A DNA stretch of 64,000 bases from a virus. Below, piece by piece: positions 7,980 to 17,420 of the stretch (position 1 is the stretch's first letter; every line of letters begins with the position of its first letter). Made by a program: the position numbers and the translations under genes. The notes beneath the pieces are model-generated. The model was not told the origin of the DNA and did no database searches. It was given only the letters and a program-made list of their open reading frames with translations. The stretch lies in IMG/VR virus record IMGVR_UViG_3300045988_159027; one strand, given 5' to 3'.

Positions 7980-8642
7980 CTATTTGATAAATTGTTCTTT
8001 TATATACTTTATTCCTTGAAGGATATATTGTTCAATTGTCTCTGTGTAATGCGGGTCGTTCTTCGGGTTTAGAAGTCCGGCCCTGTACAATGGCCTGTAT
8101 TTGCAAAATCCAGTAGTGGGATAAAAGAATACGCAGTCTTCATTTTTACCTGGTTTTAAATGCGCGGATATTTCTTTCCCATTTATGTTTTCTACCAGCG
8201 TAAACCAAATATCTCTCTCACAGTCTTCATGAACGTCCTTTATAAGACCTTTTTCTTTTAGCGGTTTTAAGTATTTGGTGATATATTCATTTCCTTCCTC
8301 AAGAACAACTCGATAGCTCTTTTCATCATACTGTTTCACCCATTTCATTTCACCTTCTAACCGTTCTTTAGCATCTGTAATGAAATAGAGTATATTTTTT
8401 AGTTCATCGTATGAAACCTGGTAACTAATCGCAGAAAAGAACAAAGTAAACTTGATTGTGTTTGAGTTGTCTTTTTTGTTTATTTCTGCTTTTATTGGAA
8501 GTCCTTTTATCAGCTCCTTCAATTGGAAACGTATCCTATTCAGATTAGGGTAAATTCGTATTCTGTATATGGTTCCTTTCTCTTCCAGCGGTTTCAGGCA
8601 TTCAGACACATATTTTTCTATTGAGTAATCGTTTGCGGTCAT
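7980..8642 (-). CDS. two-repeat protein, paralogue of 7328-7969
   Basis: Starts MTANDYSIEKYVSECLKPLEEKG. An internal repeat reads ITKYLKPLKEKGLIKD. Confidence 0.7.
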   Translation of the reverse strand: MTANDYSIEKYVSECLKPLEEKGTIYRIRIYPNLNRIRFQLKELIKGLPIKAEINKKDNSNTIKFTLFFSAISYQVSYDELKNILYFITDAKERLEGEMKWVKQYDEKSYRVVLEEGNEYITKYLKPLKEKGLIKDVHEDCERDIWFTLVENINGKEISAHLKPGKNEDCVFFYPTTGFCKYRPLYRAGLLNPKNDPHYTETIEQYILQGIKYIKEQFIK

Positions 8643-8652
8643 GGTAAATATG

Positions 8653-9261
8653 TTATTTCAGTAGTTTTTTAATCTTTGCTACGAGTTTTGACCAGGCTTT
8701 TTGACAGATTTTGGAAATTCCTTTTTGATTTATTTTTTCGTCATAATTGCCTGTATTAATATTTCTGATAGACTCCCTGTACTGAGGATAGTCAAGCATG
8801 TTAAGCAGACGGTTATCGCTGGATATAAATTTCTGTTTGTCCCACATTTCATGCAAGACTTCTTCACTGAATACTCCTTCCCAAAGTAATATATCTTTCA
8901 GTGCATCAATGTTTATTTCCTTGACTCCGTACTGGAAACATTTATACTGGAGGTAATTGGCATACATTACGGCGATGGCCGGACGGTCTATAAGTGTACT
9001 TATTATAAGTGCTGAAGGATAATCTATCTTGTAAGGAAAATTTTCAGCGACAAGATTTATCATGAAAGAAGTGTAATCAGACTGCGAAGAAAGTTCTTTA
9101 TGTGCATTCAGGAAATTACCAACAATTTCATGATTCATTTTGAAAATGGAAAGTAGTTTCCTTTGTGTATCATTTATTTCTATTTTTGATTTCCCATCCA
9201 GTTCCTCACACCATTTCTGAATGGCGTCTGGACCGAGGTCTTTCTGATGTTTAAATTCCAT
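8653..9261 (-). CDS. hypothetical protein
   Basis: 202-aa ORF in the operon. Confidence 0.65.
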   Translation of the reverse strand: MEFKHQKDLGPDAIQKWCEELDGKSKIEINDTQRKLLSIFKMNHEIVGNFLNAHKELSSQSDYTSFMINLVAENFPYKIDYPSALIISTLIDRPAIAVMYANYLQYKCFQYGVKEINIDALKDILLWEGVFSEEVLHEMWDKQKFISSDNRLLNMLDYPQYRESIRNINTGNYDEKINQKGISKICQKAWSKLVAKIKKLLK

Positions 9262-9281
9262 AGCAATGTTGTTTTGGGGAT

Positions 9282-9503
9282 TTATTTCTGTTTTTCGGTT
9301 TCTTGGTAATCACTCCACTCTCTTATCTCTGCATTACAGCAGGGGCACAAAACATATAGCAATGTTTTTTCTATTCTTGTAAATGGGAACTCCCCATCAC
9401 TCCTGGATTGCACGTCCCTTTTATCGAAAGTAAACTCGCACCCGCAGAACTGGCAGGTCGCTATTTTCTTTTTGTATTTCCCTTCTTTGATAATTTCAAT
9501 CAT
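9282..9503 (-). CDS. zinc-ribbon small protein
   Basis: Contains CQFCGC ... CPCC. Confidence 0.6.
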   Translation of the reverse strand: MIEIIKEGKYKKKIATCQFCGCEFTFDKRDVQSRSDGEFPFTRIEKTLLYVLCPCCNAEIREWSDYQETEKQK

Positions 9504-9589
9504 ATTGTTACAGGTTACGACAACACCACATACATGCTGCCAAAAACAGATAATATAATTTGGTTTTACTCATGTTTTTTTAGTTTTGA

Positions 9590-10081
9590 TTAATATCCGT
9601 TTTCACATGCTTTGCAGCAAAATTTCTCACGATTTCCAGCATCGGAATCAGTGATTTCGTATTTACGACCGCACTGCTGGCAGGTATATTCAATCACGTC
9701 CGACTGATAGTATTTGCAGGAATTTTCCGTTTTTACTTCCTTCCCGAAATTGGTACATTTCCCGTTGTCATAACTGTTGCATGTTGCGCAGGTGGGGGAG
9801 AAGTTTTGGGATTTTTTTAGAAGTTCCGGATTGTCATGGATTTTTCCCCAATATTCAATATCAATACTGTTGAAAATATGCCTGCGAATTTTTGCAGCTT
9901 TTTTAGCGTATTGCATAATGTCTTCGATAGGACGGCACATTCTTCGTTGAATATCAAAACCAATTTCTTCGATTCTGTTAAAACAATTCACTTTTATGTA
10001 ACATAGCCCGATTTCCTCTACTTCTGCAAAGACAAATATGTCGCTTAAAAAGAATGGATTAGGTGTCTCATATATTTTCAT
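9590..10081 (-). CDS. Cys-rich protein (several CxxC pairs)
   Basis: Start moved to MKIYETPNPFF. The C-terminal half has CATC, CQQCG and CCKAC. Confidence 0.6.
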   Translation of the reverse strand: MKIYETPNPFFLSDIFVFAEVEEIGLCYIKVNCFNRIEEIGFDIQRRMCRPIEDIMQYAKKAAKIRRHIFNSIDIEYWGKIHDNPELLKKSQNFSPTCATCNSYDNGKCTNFGKEVKTENSCKYYQSDVIEYTCQQCGRKYEITDSDAGNREKFCCKACENGY

Positions 10082-10265
10082 ATATTCTTTCTTTAAATTT
10101 AAAAACAAAAAATGCAATAATAATAATAAGTAGGATAAACCATATCACAGCAAGCGCACTAATCTGTTTTACCTTTCGGAAACGATAAATGTCAGTTCTA
10201 ACTAAATAGTGCAAATATCCGGATAGAATAAGCCATACGGTAAGCAATATAATCCCAATAATCAT
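10068..10265 (-). CDS. small two-helix membrane protein
   Basis: Reads MIIGIILLTVWLILSG ... VIWFILLIIIIAFFVF. Confidence 0.6.
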   Translation of the reverse strand: MIIGIILLTVWLILSGYLHYLVRTDIYRFRKVKQISALAVIWFILLIIIIAFFVFKFKERIYENI

Positions 10266-10705
10266 GGTTTCGCTTTTAAGTATTCTTTGTTTAGGTGATT
10301 ATTGTCTATAAGCCATCTAATCATTGAAATAGCGGTATCAAAAGAACCAATGTTCATTTCCTGGTGTTTCATATCATATCCAAGTTCCTCGTATGAAATA
10401 AACCAGAAGGAACCGTCACTATTCATTGCAAAATCAGCATTTGGGCGGTTACTTTGAGTAATTGACTTTGGCATAATTTCCAGAAGCCGGTCAAGACTCC
10501 ACGCAGGAGTAATGTCTCGGTTCATGCGAACAGAGAACCAGTGTTCAGGATCAATACCTTCACATATAGTATGAAGGTGATATTCTCCATATTCAGGTGT
10601 CTTACTTTTTTCAAGGTACATATCGGCTGTGCCTGGTTTTAATCCCAGCTCTAACAGCTTCCGTGACTGGTTTATGTTTGTTCCTATTTGTGATTTGAAG
10701 TCCAT
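10262..10705 (-). CDS. hypothetical protein
   Basis: 147-aa ORF with overlapping start and stop with its neighbours. Confidence 0.65.
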   Translation of the reverse strand: MDFKSQIGTNINQSRKLLELGLKPGTADMYLEKSKTPEYGEYHLHTICEGIDPEHWFSVRMNRDITPAWSLDRLLEIMPKSITQSNRPNADFAMNSDGSFWFISYEELGYDMKHQEMNIGSFDTAISMIRWLIDNNHLNKEYLKAKP

Positions 10706-10708
10706 ATC

Positions 10709-10933
10709 TTATTCCTCCACTTTTACGAAAATTACATCGGTTTTATCTTCCCTCTCATTTTTACTGCATCCACCGCAAATTTTCTTTAATGCGGGTAGCA
10801 TAATGTCGCAATCAAAATAATATGGATTATAGAATATACATTTACAGCATCCTTTGCCTTCCTCTACTCTCAGCTTTACCAGTCCGCACTGGAATGTTTC
10901 TCCGACTTTAAATTCTTTCTTCGTCATAATCAA
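10709..10933 (-). CDS. Cys-rich small protein, paralogue of 56982-57197
   Basis: Shares KKEF.vGE.FQCGLVKL.V and REDKTDviFVKVEE with the plus-strand copy. Confidence 0.7.
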   Translation of the reverse strand: MIMTKKEFKVGETFQCGLVKLRVEEGKGCCKCIFYNPYYFDCDIMLPALKKICGGCSKNEREDKTDVIFVKVEE

Positions 10934-11184
10934 TCTTCGTCTTTAGGGAACAAACTCTCAATATCTTCACTGGTATAATAGCTTAGCACATCTTCAAAAT
11001 GGGAAATGCAAATACCGGTATTTTGTGCCACACAGTCTACATAAGTTTCAAAATCTACTTTCAATATGTCATCAAACACCTCCTTGCAATTGGAATAGTC
11101 TATCCACACCATAAGACCGTAATTTTCTTGCCATTCATGGGTGTCTACAAGTTCTTGTAGCCTTTTTAATTTCTTGAAATCCAT
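10930..11184 (-). CDS. hypothetical protein
   Basis: 84-aa ORF in the operon. Confidence 0.6.
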   Translation of the reverse strand: MDFKKLKRLQELVDTHEWQENYGLMVWIDYSNCKEVFDDILKVDFETYVDCVAQNTGICISHFEDVLSYYTSEDIESLFPKDED

Positions 11185-11187
11185 ATC

Positions 11188-11388
11188 CTATTTATTTTCA
11201 TTGTTCTTTAATCGAATTTGTTCCTGAAGCTGTTCAGCATTCTTTTTCTGAAAGTTCGGACACTGATATACATCTCCAAACGCAATTAGTACCATGACAG
11301 GGAATAGCATCCCATGCTGGCAACTTCTTCCAAATGCGTCAGCAAATGTGCAGTCTTCGCACCGCCCGTTTACGTCATACGCTGCCAT
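11188..11388 (-). CDS. Cys-rich small protein
   Basis: 66-aa ORF with CEDC ... C ... C. Confidence 0.55.
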   Translation of the reverse strand: MAAYDVNGRCEDCTFADAFGRSCQHGMLFPVMVLIAFGDVYQCPNFQKKNAEQLQEQIRLKNNENK

Positions 11389-11389
11389 A

Positions 11390-11560
11390 TTATTTTTCTT
11401 TTTTATCGTTTTGTATTTCAGATAATTTATTAATCACTAGGTATGTAAGCATAAATTCTATGAAAAGGATGTCGTAATCCAAACCGGAGAAATAGCTCAT
11501 TGCCATAACGAAAGCCACAAGACCTACAAAAATTGCAGTAGCAATAAAATACTCTTTCAT
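11390..11560 (-). CDS. small membrane protein (56 aa, not in the ORF track)
   Basis: Hand translation gives MKEYFIATAIFVGLVAFVMAMSYFSG... It fits exactly between the stop at 11563 and the ATG at 11388. Preferred over the track ORF 11430-11615. Confidence 0.5.
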   Translation of the reverse strand: MKEYFIATAIFVGLVAFVMAMSYFSGLDYDILFIEFMLTYLVINKLSEIQNDKKEK

Positions 11561-11562
11561 CA

Positions 11563-12045
11563 TTAATACCTGAATTTACCGAACTGAATAACTGCCATCG
11601 GCTGACTGAAGTCATAACCCCGGAACCACTCTTTCCAGTCGTCTACCGACAGACCATCGTTGTCCGCAAGTTCTTTCAGTTCCGGATATTTACCGTCGAT
11701 GTCAAAGAAATTGAAAGAGGCACATCCGTCGCGATCCGGCTGGAAGGTAAGTTTCTGAATACCTGTTCCTGATTCCGCAGTCAGACAGCCTATTGTTATT
11801 TGCCTGCTGAAATACGGACGGCCTTCCCACTGACGGACGGAGATAACCGATTCACCTTGCTGCACCTCGTGTATGCGTTTTGCCCAAAGCGGGAAGTTGG
11901 TCCGGATGGTGTGTCGTTTTTCGCCGGAAAGGAATTTCTTACGGAATCCGGTAGGGTTTCCCGGCCGGGGATGTGTGGTCGGGAAAGATTGCGAAAGCAT
12001 GAGCACGTAAGTCTTTTTCATAACTTTTTTAGATTTCATGTTCAT
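11563..12045 (-). CDS. hypothetical protein, first gene of the leftward early operon (possibly ASCH/PUA-like)
   Basis: 160-aa ORF. GEKRHTIRTNFPLWAKRI...ISVRQWEGRPY is weakly reminiscent of ASCH domains. Confidence 0.6.
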   Translation of the reverse strand: MNMKSKKVMKKTYVLMLSQSFPTTHPRPGNPTGFRKKFLSGEKRHTIRTNFPLWAKRIHEVQQGESVISVRQWEGRPYFSRQITIGCLTAESGTGIQKLTFQPDRDGCASFNFFDIDGKYPELKELADNDGLSVDDWKEWFRGYDFSQPMAVIQFGKFRY

Positions 12046-12076
12046 CGTTTTATTACATTTTACCTACCGCAAAAAT

Positions 12077-12110
12077 AACAATTTTAAACCGAAATCGCAT
12101 CAAAATTATT
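12077..12110. promoter_or_regulatory. dispersed 34-bp palindrome, site 1
   Basis: AACAATTTTAA-accgaaatcgca-TCAAAATTATT. Overlaps the leftward -7 boxes. Confidence 0.6.
12101..12108 (-). promoter_or_regulatory. -7 box TAATTTTG of the leftward early promoter
   Basis: Exact TAnnTTTG on the minus strand, about 55 nt upstream of the ATG at 12045. A second box, TATTTTTG, lies at 12077..12070. Confidence 0.5.
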
Positions 12111-12140
12111 TCTAAATTTCATAAAACCTCCGATTTTTCG

Positions 12141-12180
12141 TTTTTGTCCTTCAAACTACCGAATCAGACCGCTAACTTTG
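12141..12180 (+). promoter_or_regulatory. phage late-promoter motif, copy 2
   Basis: T5-GTCCTTCAAA (12146-12155), N17, then TAACTTTG (12173-12180). Confidence 0.55.
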
Positions 12181-12198
12181 AGGAAAAACACAAAGACT

Positions 12199-13224
12199 AT
12201 GTTAGTAACGAAAACCGAAGAAATCAGGGCATACGTGCCCACCAGCGTGTACAGCGGCGACCAGTCACTTCTCACAATCATGGAAGAAACAGAAGAGAAC
12301 ATTCTTGTGCCGATACTTGGGCGTAAACTCTACGAAAAGGTATGCGGAGAATACGATAAGGCTATGGAAGAGTATGGCGGAGTGACGGCGGCCTACGTGG
12401 GAAAAGAAAGCCTTACACCCGAAATCCGTCTGATACGTGCCTGCCAGCTTCCGGTGGTCTACTTGTCGCTGGCCAACAGCACCGGCATTCTCACGGTGAG
12501 TCTGAACGACGGGGGTGGACTGAACCAGGTGTACACCGACGGGTACGACAAGGCCGACGAGAAATCCGTGAGCCGGTTTGAGCGCGATGCGTATTTCAAG
12601 GGCCGTCGCGGAGTGGACCGTCTGCTGGTATTCCTGGAAGAGGATGCGTGCAGTCAGGCCCCCGTGTTTGCCGATTTGTGGCGCGAAAGCCGGTATTTCT
12701 ACCTGCAGGGCGACTTGCTTTTTACTACCGCCATCGAGATGAACCGTTTTCTGGACATTAACGAAAGCCGGGAGAAATTCATCTCAATGTTGCCTGACAT
12801 ACGCTATTGCCAGAGCGCTTACATAGAGCCGGAGATAGGGGAGGAGCTGACCGATGCGCTGGTGAAATGGTGTACGCGCTCGCTAAAGTCCGACCTTTTC
12901 ACGGGCGAAGACAAGGATGCTATAAATGCGGTGTGGCAGAAGGCGGTGGACTGTCTGCGCATGGCGCTGGCACTCTACATCGAGTCTCGCCGTCCGGAAA
13001 AACAGCGCAAGTACAGCGAAAACGAGGCAGCTTATTCCATGACAAAGGCCCGCAAATTTATCTCCAACCATCAGGATTCTTTCGGAGAGTTTATCAAGGA
13101 TTCTCCGCTGTATGTGCCTCCGCTCACTGAAACAACCGGACCGGACAAGCAGCCCATATTCGATTATGACAATCAGGACAACGCCATCTTCGTCATGCGT
13201 CCGCAAGCCTTCACTAGGCACTGA
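12199..13224 (+). CDS. virion-associated hypothetical protein
   Basis: First ATG (MLVTKTEEIRAYV...) of the track ORF 12178-13224, 19 nt after the -7 box. Confidence 0.7.
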   Translation: MLVTKTEEIRAYVPTSVYSGDQSLLTIMEETEENILVPILGRKLYEKVCGEYDKAMEEYGGVTAAYVGKESLTPEIRLIRACQLPVVYLSLANSTGILTVSLNDGGGLNQVYTDGYDKADEKSVSRFERDAYFKGRRGVDRLLVFLEEDACSQAPVFADLWRESRYFYLQGDLLFTTAIEMNRFLDINESREKFISMLPDIRYCQSAYIEPEIGEELTDALVKWCTRSLKSDLFTGEDKDAINAVWQKAVDCLRMALALYIESRRPEKQRKYSENEAAYSMTKARKFISNHQDSFGEFIKDSPLYVPPLTETTGPDKQPIFDYDNQDNAIFVMRPQAFTRH

Positions 13225-13265
13225 TTTTTTGTCCTTCATTCCCAGTTGTCATATACCTAACTTTG
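13225..13265 (+). promoter_or_regulatory. phage late-promoter motif, copy 3
   Basis: T6-GTCCTTCATT (13231-13240), N17, then TAACTTTG (13258-13265). Confidence 0.6.
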
Positions 13266-13284
13266 GAGTATAAAGAAACGACAA

Positions 13285-14286
13285 ATGGATACGACAAACT
13301 ACCAGATACATCTTCCGGCCCTTCCCGACAGCTGGAACCGGCTGTCGACCGAAGAGCTGGAAGAGGTGAACAGACTTTACAAGCGTAAGGAGGCTATGGC
13401 TGCGGAAGGCGACGAGGAACGTGCCGACCGCCTTTTCAAGCTGAAGTGCTTCATGCTTTTTCTCGGACTGAAAATCGTGCGGCGCACCGTGACCGATGAA
13501 AATGGTGAAACGGTGTTTCTCTTCCGGCGCAAAGGGATTCGCCACCTGTTTGAGCGCATTCCCATGCGGGCATGGCAGGTGGACCAGTGGATAGACCAGA
13601 AGCTCGGTTTCCTGGACAATCCTTTTGCACGCACCGTCACTCCCTACGGAATTATCCTCCTTCGTATGGGAACCCTTCGTCTGAAAGCACCGAAAGATGT
13701 GATGTCCGATGTCAGCTTTGCGCAGTACCAGTCCGCACAGAATCTGCTTATCATGTACTGGGATGCACAGAAGGTTCTACAGACGCTTGTAAGGCGAAAA
13801 TCGACCCATGCCGCCATCCGGATGCAGTTGCGCCGCATGAAACAGGCACGATGCCGGTTTCTGGCCACGCTGTTTAATGAATCCGTGCGCGAGACGGGAG
13901 AGATACGCGAAGGACGCTACCTGCGCAAGTGTAAGCGCCGCGTGTGGTCGTTCAACTCCGGGCAGATACAGAAAAACGCCCGCTGGTTTAGCATGGTAGA
14001 AGCCCGCATGTTCCCCGTCATGGTGCAGTATTTTCAGAGCGTGCAGGAAGCCTACGCGCGCATGTATCCGGAGCTGTTCACGCCTAACGGGAAAAAGAAC
14101 GGACGGCAGAACCCTATCAAGATAGAGGTGGAAATGATTAACAACATCATGAAGTATCAGGGATTCAGTGACTACGACGCAGTGTACGACAGCGAGGCGG
14201 TCCGCATCCTGGGAATTATGAATGCCATGGCTAAGGAAGCTAAGGAAATTGAGAAAATGAATCAGAAATACAGAAAAGGGAAATGA
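13285..14286 (+). CDS. hypothetical late protein
   Basis: 333-aa ORF that overlaps the next gene by 4 nt. Confidence 0.7.
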   Translation: MDTTNYQIHLPALPDSWNRLSTEELEEVNRLYKRKEAMAAEGDEERADRLFKLKCFMLFLGLKIVRRTVTDENGETVFLFRRKGIRHLFERIPMRAWQVDQWIDQKLGFLDNPFARTVTPYGIILLRMGTLRLKAPKDVMSDVSFAQYQSAQNLLIMYWDAQKVLQTLVRRKSTHAAIRMQLRRMKQARCRFLATLFNESVRETGEIREGRYLRKCKRRVWSFNSGQIQKNARWFSMVEARMFPVMVQYFQSVQEAYARMYPELFTPNGKKNGRQNPIKIEVEMINNIMKYQGFSDYDAVYDSEAVRILGIMNAMAKEAKEIEKMNQKYRKGK

Positions 14287-16244
14287 TAACCGATTACCAG
14301 AGTAACGCATACCGAATTTCTTACCAGGGCGTGTCCATGATAGAAAATGCACTGGAAAACCCCAACCTGATTCAGGTGGGGGTGGTTCCGGGCTGTACCA
14401 TCATGGTGGCTCCGCAGAAAAGCTACGGCATAGATTATCTGCCCAACGGAGAATACCGAAGCTGGACGCTGACGGGATACAACACCCGTCTGAACCGCAC
14501 GGAGGCACACTACATCTATGCCCGTCTGGAACGTGGTTCTGACGATGCCATGGTGCTGTTTTCCGTGAACGACTATGCTACTGACGGAAGCATCGGCGGA
14601 GAGAATCCCAGCGAAGATTTCTATTACATACGCATCGGAAGCATTACCGCCACCGACAGTCTGGAAGCTGCCACCCTCGACCGTGAAATTACACTGGACT
14701 ACGGTAAGCTTTCTACTCCTGCAGGTAATGACCAGGATGCAGTCGGATGGAAGGAACTGTTCGAACTGACCGCAGAAGGATTGATCCGTCCGCTGAAACG
14801 TTTCACTTCCTTTATTGTGCAGGGCACGCTTTCCATTATCGGGAAACTGGTTATCAACGACAAGCAGATTACGGATGTGGCACGCCAGGTAGATGATGGT
14901 AATTTTGTAGAAAGCGATGAAAATTTGCCCACAACAAAACTGTTGATGGGTAAATATCTTGATGAACTTAGGAAAAGACTTTTAAGTAAAGACCGTGAGG
15001 ACCAGACAAAATTTCTTCTCAAGTTTGGCGAGTTTATTGACAGCATGATTGCCGGAAAGGGTGCTGGTATATTCCCGGACGGTCGCGGACAGTTTGAAAA
15101 GCTGGAGGTTCGTTCATCTTTAATCGTAAAAGAACTGATATATAACCGTTGGTTCGCGCAGGAAGGTAACGTTACTTATTCAGAAGCCGGCACGATCGAA
15201 CGTATTGAACTTCTTGAAGACGGCACGTATGACCTGTATCTTCGTCGTCGCTGGGATAATGATATTACAGCGTTCAAGGAACAGGACGTTAGTTATGGCT
15301 CAGTGAATAATCTGAACTCTACAGGAGAGTATTATGACAGCTGGTTCCGCGTCCTTAGTGTGATGCAGGCAGAAAACAAACTGAATGTCGTGCTCTATCC
15401 AGATGAAGAGGTGCCTGGGGGTAAGAACTATCCTCCAGCTGTAGGTATGGTGATTACACGTCGAGGAAATGCGGTAGATGAAGAACGGCAAGGATTCTGG
15501 TATATCTCATCGTATGAGGGCTGCATCTGTATGCTGGATGGCGTAACAAAGCCCGTGCTGGAAGAATCTAATTACAGCATCATTATCGGAAAACTAAAGC
15601 GATTGGAACTGTTCGATAACCTCCCAATCAACTACCGACAGAGTTATGTGTATTGCCGTGGTATCGCTATCCAGGACTTGATGCGGATAGACTATCAGGG
15701 CGTGGTTGTTGTACAGCTTAACGACCGTGGGTTCTGGTCGCTGGAGGTTGCTCAGAGCGAGAATCCTTATAAGGTTGGAAAAGATACGGTCGATACGGTA
15801 TGGCATTACGGATGCCGGTGGAAATGCCTTGTTACAGGAACGACGGATGAACCTCGCTATGCCAGCACAGGCTGGGCGATGATTGAAGGGAATCCGGCAT
15901 TTACTATTGACATTGAAAGCGAAAACGGTTGGCAGTTTGATGGGAGTCAGCTTCAGGAAGGAGTAGTCTTTACTACCTTAACTGTAACTGGACAGCTCTA
16001 CAACCGTGACGTGACAGAAAGCATACTTGATACGGACGTGTCCTGGACACGCGATACGGGCAATGTGTCTGAAGATAATGCCTGGGCTATCAAGAGAGCG
16101 GATGCTGGTAAGTCTCTTACGCTGACAGTAGACGATTTGGGGATTGAATTTGGCCGCACGAAGACTGTTTGCACGTTCAAGGCTCGCGCCTTATTACGTG
16201 ACGGTCAGACATTCGAAGTTGCAGAGAATGAAATAACATTTTAA
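14283..16244 (+). CDS. tail fibre / baseplate-associated protein (probable)
   Basis: 653 aa, beta-rich, at the head of a run of large late genes that ends in fibre-like genes. Confidence 0.5.
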   Translation: MITDYQSNAYRISYQGVSMIENALENPNLIQVGVVPGCTIMVAPQKSYGIDYLPNGEYRSWTLTGYNTRLNRTEAHYIYARLERGSDDAMVLFSVNDYATDGSIGGENPSEDFYYIRIGSITATDSLEAATLDREITLDYGKLSTPAGNDQDAVGWKELFELTAEGLIRPLKRFTSFIVQGTLSIIGKLVINDKQITDVARQVDDGNFVESDENLPTTKLLMGKYLDELRKRLLSKDREDQTKFLLKFGEFIDSMIAGKGAGIFPDGRGQFEKLEVRSSLIVKELIYNRWFAQEGNVTYSEAGTIERIELLEDGTYDLYLRRRWDNDITAFKEQDVSYGSVNNLNSTGEYYDSWFRVLSVMQAENKLNVVLYPDEEVPGGKNYPPAVGMVITRRGNAVDEERQGFWYISSYEGCICMLDGVTKPVLEESNYSIIIGKLKRLELFDNLPINYRQSYVYCRGIAIQDLMRIDYQGVVVVQLNDRGFWSLEVAQSENPYKVGKDTVDTVWHYGCRWKCLVTGTTDEPRYASTGWAMIEGNPAFTIDIESENGWQFDGSQLQEGVVFTTLTVTGQLYNRDVTESILDTDVSWTRDTGNVSEDNAWAIKRADAGKSLTLTVDDLGIEFGRTKTVCTFKARALLRDGQTFEVAENEITF

Positions 16245-16248
16245 AGAT

Positions 16249-17409
16249 ATGATAACTACAAGAAAAAAAAGACTGGATGTGAATTATACCCCATTGCAAT
16301 GCAGTGGGGATATAGAAACCGTGGGAAGTGTACCTGACCGACAGATATACTCCGCCGACACCAAGGAATATACCCCTGACTACACGCTGACTCCACTTGT
16401 GCTGTTTCCACGTTGCAATGCAACAGATCCGGACCAGTACACCAAGTCTGGAGTGGTAAACGCTTCTCTTACCAATATGAAGTGGTATGAGATACAGGGC
16501 ACGAAGCGCACGCTGATTGATTCAGGTAATGCGAATTACGAGATAACCAACGAGGGTGATACCAAGGGGCAGATAAAAATTAAACGTAACTCTAGCGTTA
16601 CAACACCATTAGCCCTTGAGTTCTATGCTGAATACGTAGACACGCGGACAAATCAGGTATTTCCTTTCAGAATGAGTACGGTAATACCTGTATCAGATGC
16701 TACACTTCCAAGTCCAGTCATGAAACTGGACAGCCCTTCCAGCGTAATATGGAATCCGCTTCGAAATCCGTTGTCACGTACAATCAAGGCATCTGTCTTT
16801 GTAGGAGGAAGCGATATCGCATCGGATAAGCAGAAGTGCAAATTTTTCTGGTACCGAAAACTGGACACCGGATCATTGGAAGCCATTACAGATGGGAACG
16901 GAGATAATGACTGGGAAGTAGATAGTATAGACCACAATACGCTGACCATTAATCAGGATTATATTGGAGAGGAGCAGACCTATGTCTGCAAGCTGGCCTA
17001 TGCAGCAGACGGTAATTTTCCTGGATTACCATCGGACAATGCACCTGTAGTCAGTACCACCATCCGACGACGTATTCCTGATGTGGAAGCAGACTGGAAA
17101 GGAGTTCCTTCGCAGTTTCCAGGAGGTACCACTAAGTTTACTCCGGAAGCGTTTGTGATGGACGGCATGGGCATTATCCCTAATGCGGATGAATGGCTCC
17201 GGTTTGTGTGGAACGTAAAATCTCCATATTCGCAGAGTTACAGCAGACAGGCTATCGGAGTAAAGCCGACAATCACATTTATCCCTGGAATGATGCTGGA
17301 ACTGGAGGTACAGGATAGAGGGCCACAGGCAATACTGATAGATGATACGGATGGCACCGTACTGCAGGATGCTGATGGTAATGTTTTATTTGACAGAATT
17401 AATAACTAA
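16249..17409 (+). CDS. tail-associated hypothetical protein
   Basis: 386-aa beta-rich ORF. Confidence 0.6.
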   Translation: MITTRKKRLDVNYTPLQCSGDIETVGSVPDRQIYSADTKEYTPDYTLTPLVLFPRCNATDPDQYTKSGVVNASLTNMKWYEIQGTKRTLIDSGNANYEITNEGDTKGQIKIKRNSSVTTPLALEFYAEYVDTRTNQVFPFRMSTVIPVSDATLPSPVMKLDSPSSVIWNPLRNPLSRTIKASVFVGGSDIASDKQKCKFFWYRKLDTGSLEAITDGNGDNDWEVDSIDHNTLTINQDYIGEEQTYVCKLAYAADGNFPGLPSDNAPVVSTTIRRRIPDVEADWKGVPSQFPGGTTKFTPEAFVMDGMGIIPNADEWLRFVWNVKSPYSQSYSRQAIGVKPTITFIPGMMLELEVQDRGPQAILIDDTDGTVLQDADGNVLFDRINN

Positions 17410-17420
17410 TACATACGACT

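Noticed and set aside
11430-11615. Track ORF 11430-11615 (minus, 61 aa).
   Set aside because: It overlaps the 3' end of 11563-12045. The alternative 56-codon frame 11390-11560 fits exactly between neighbouring stop and start codons and encodes a plausible membrane peptide.
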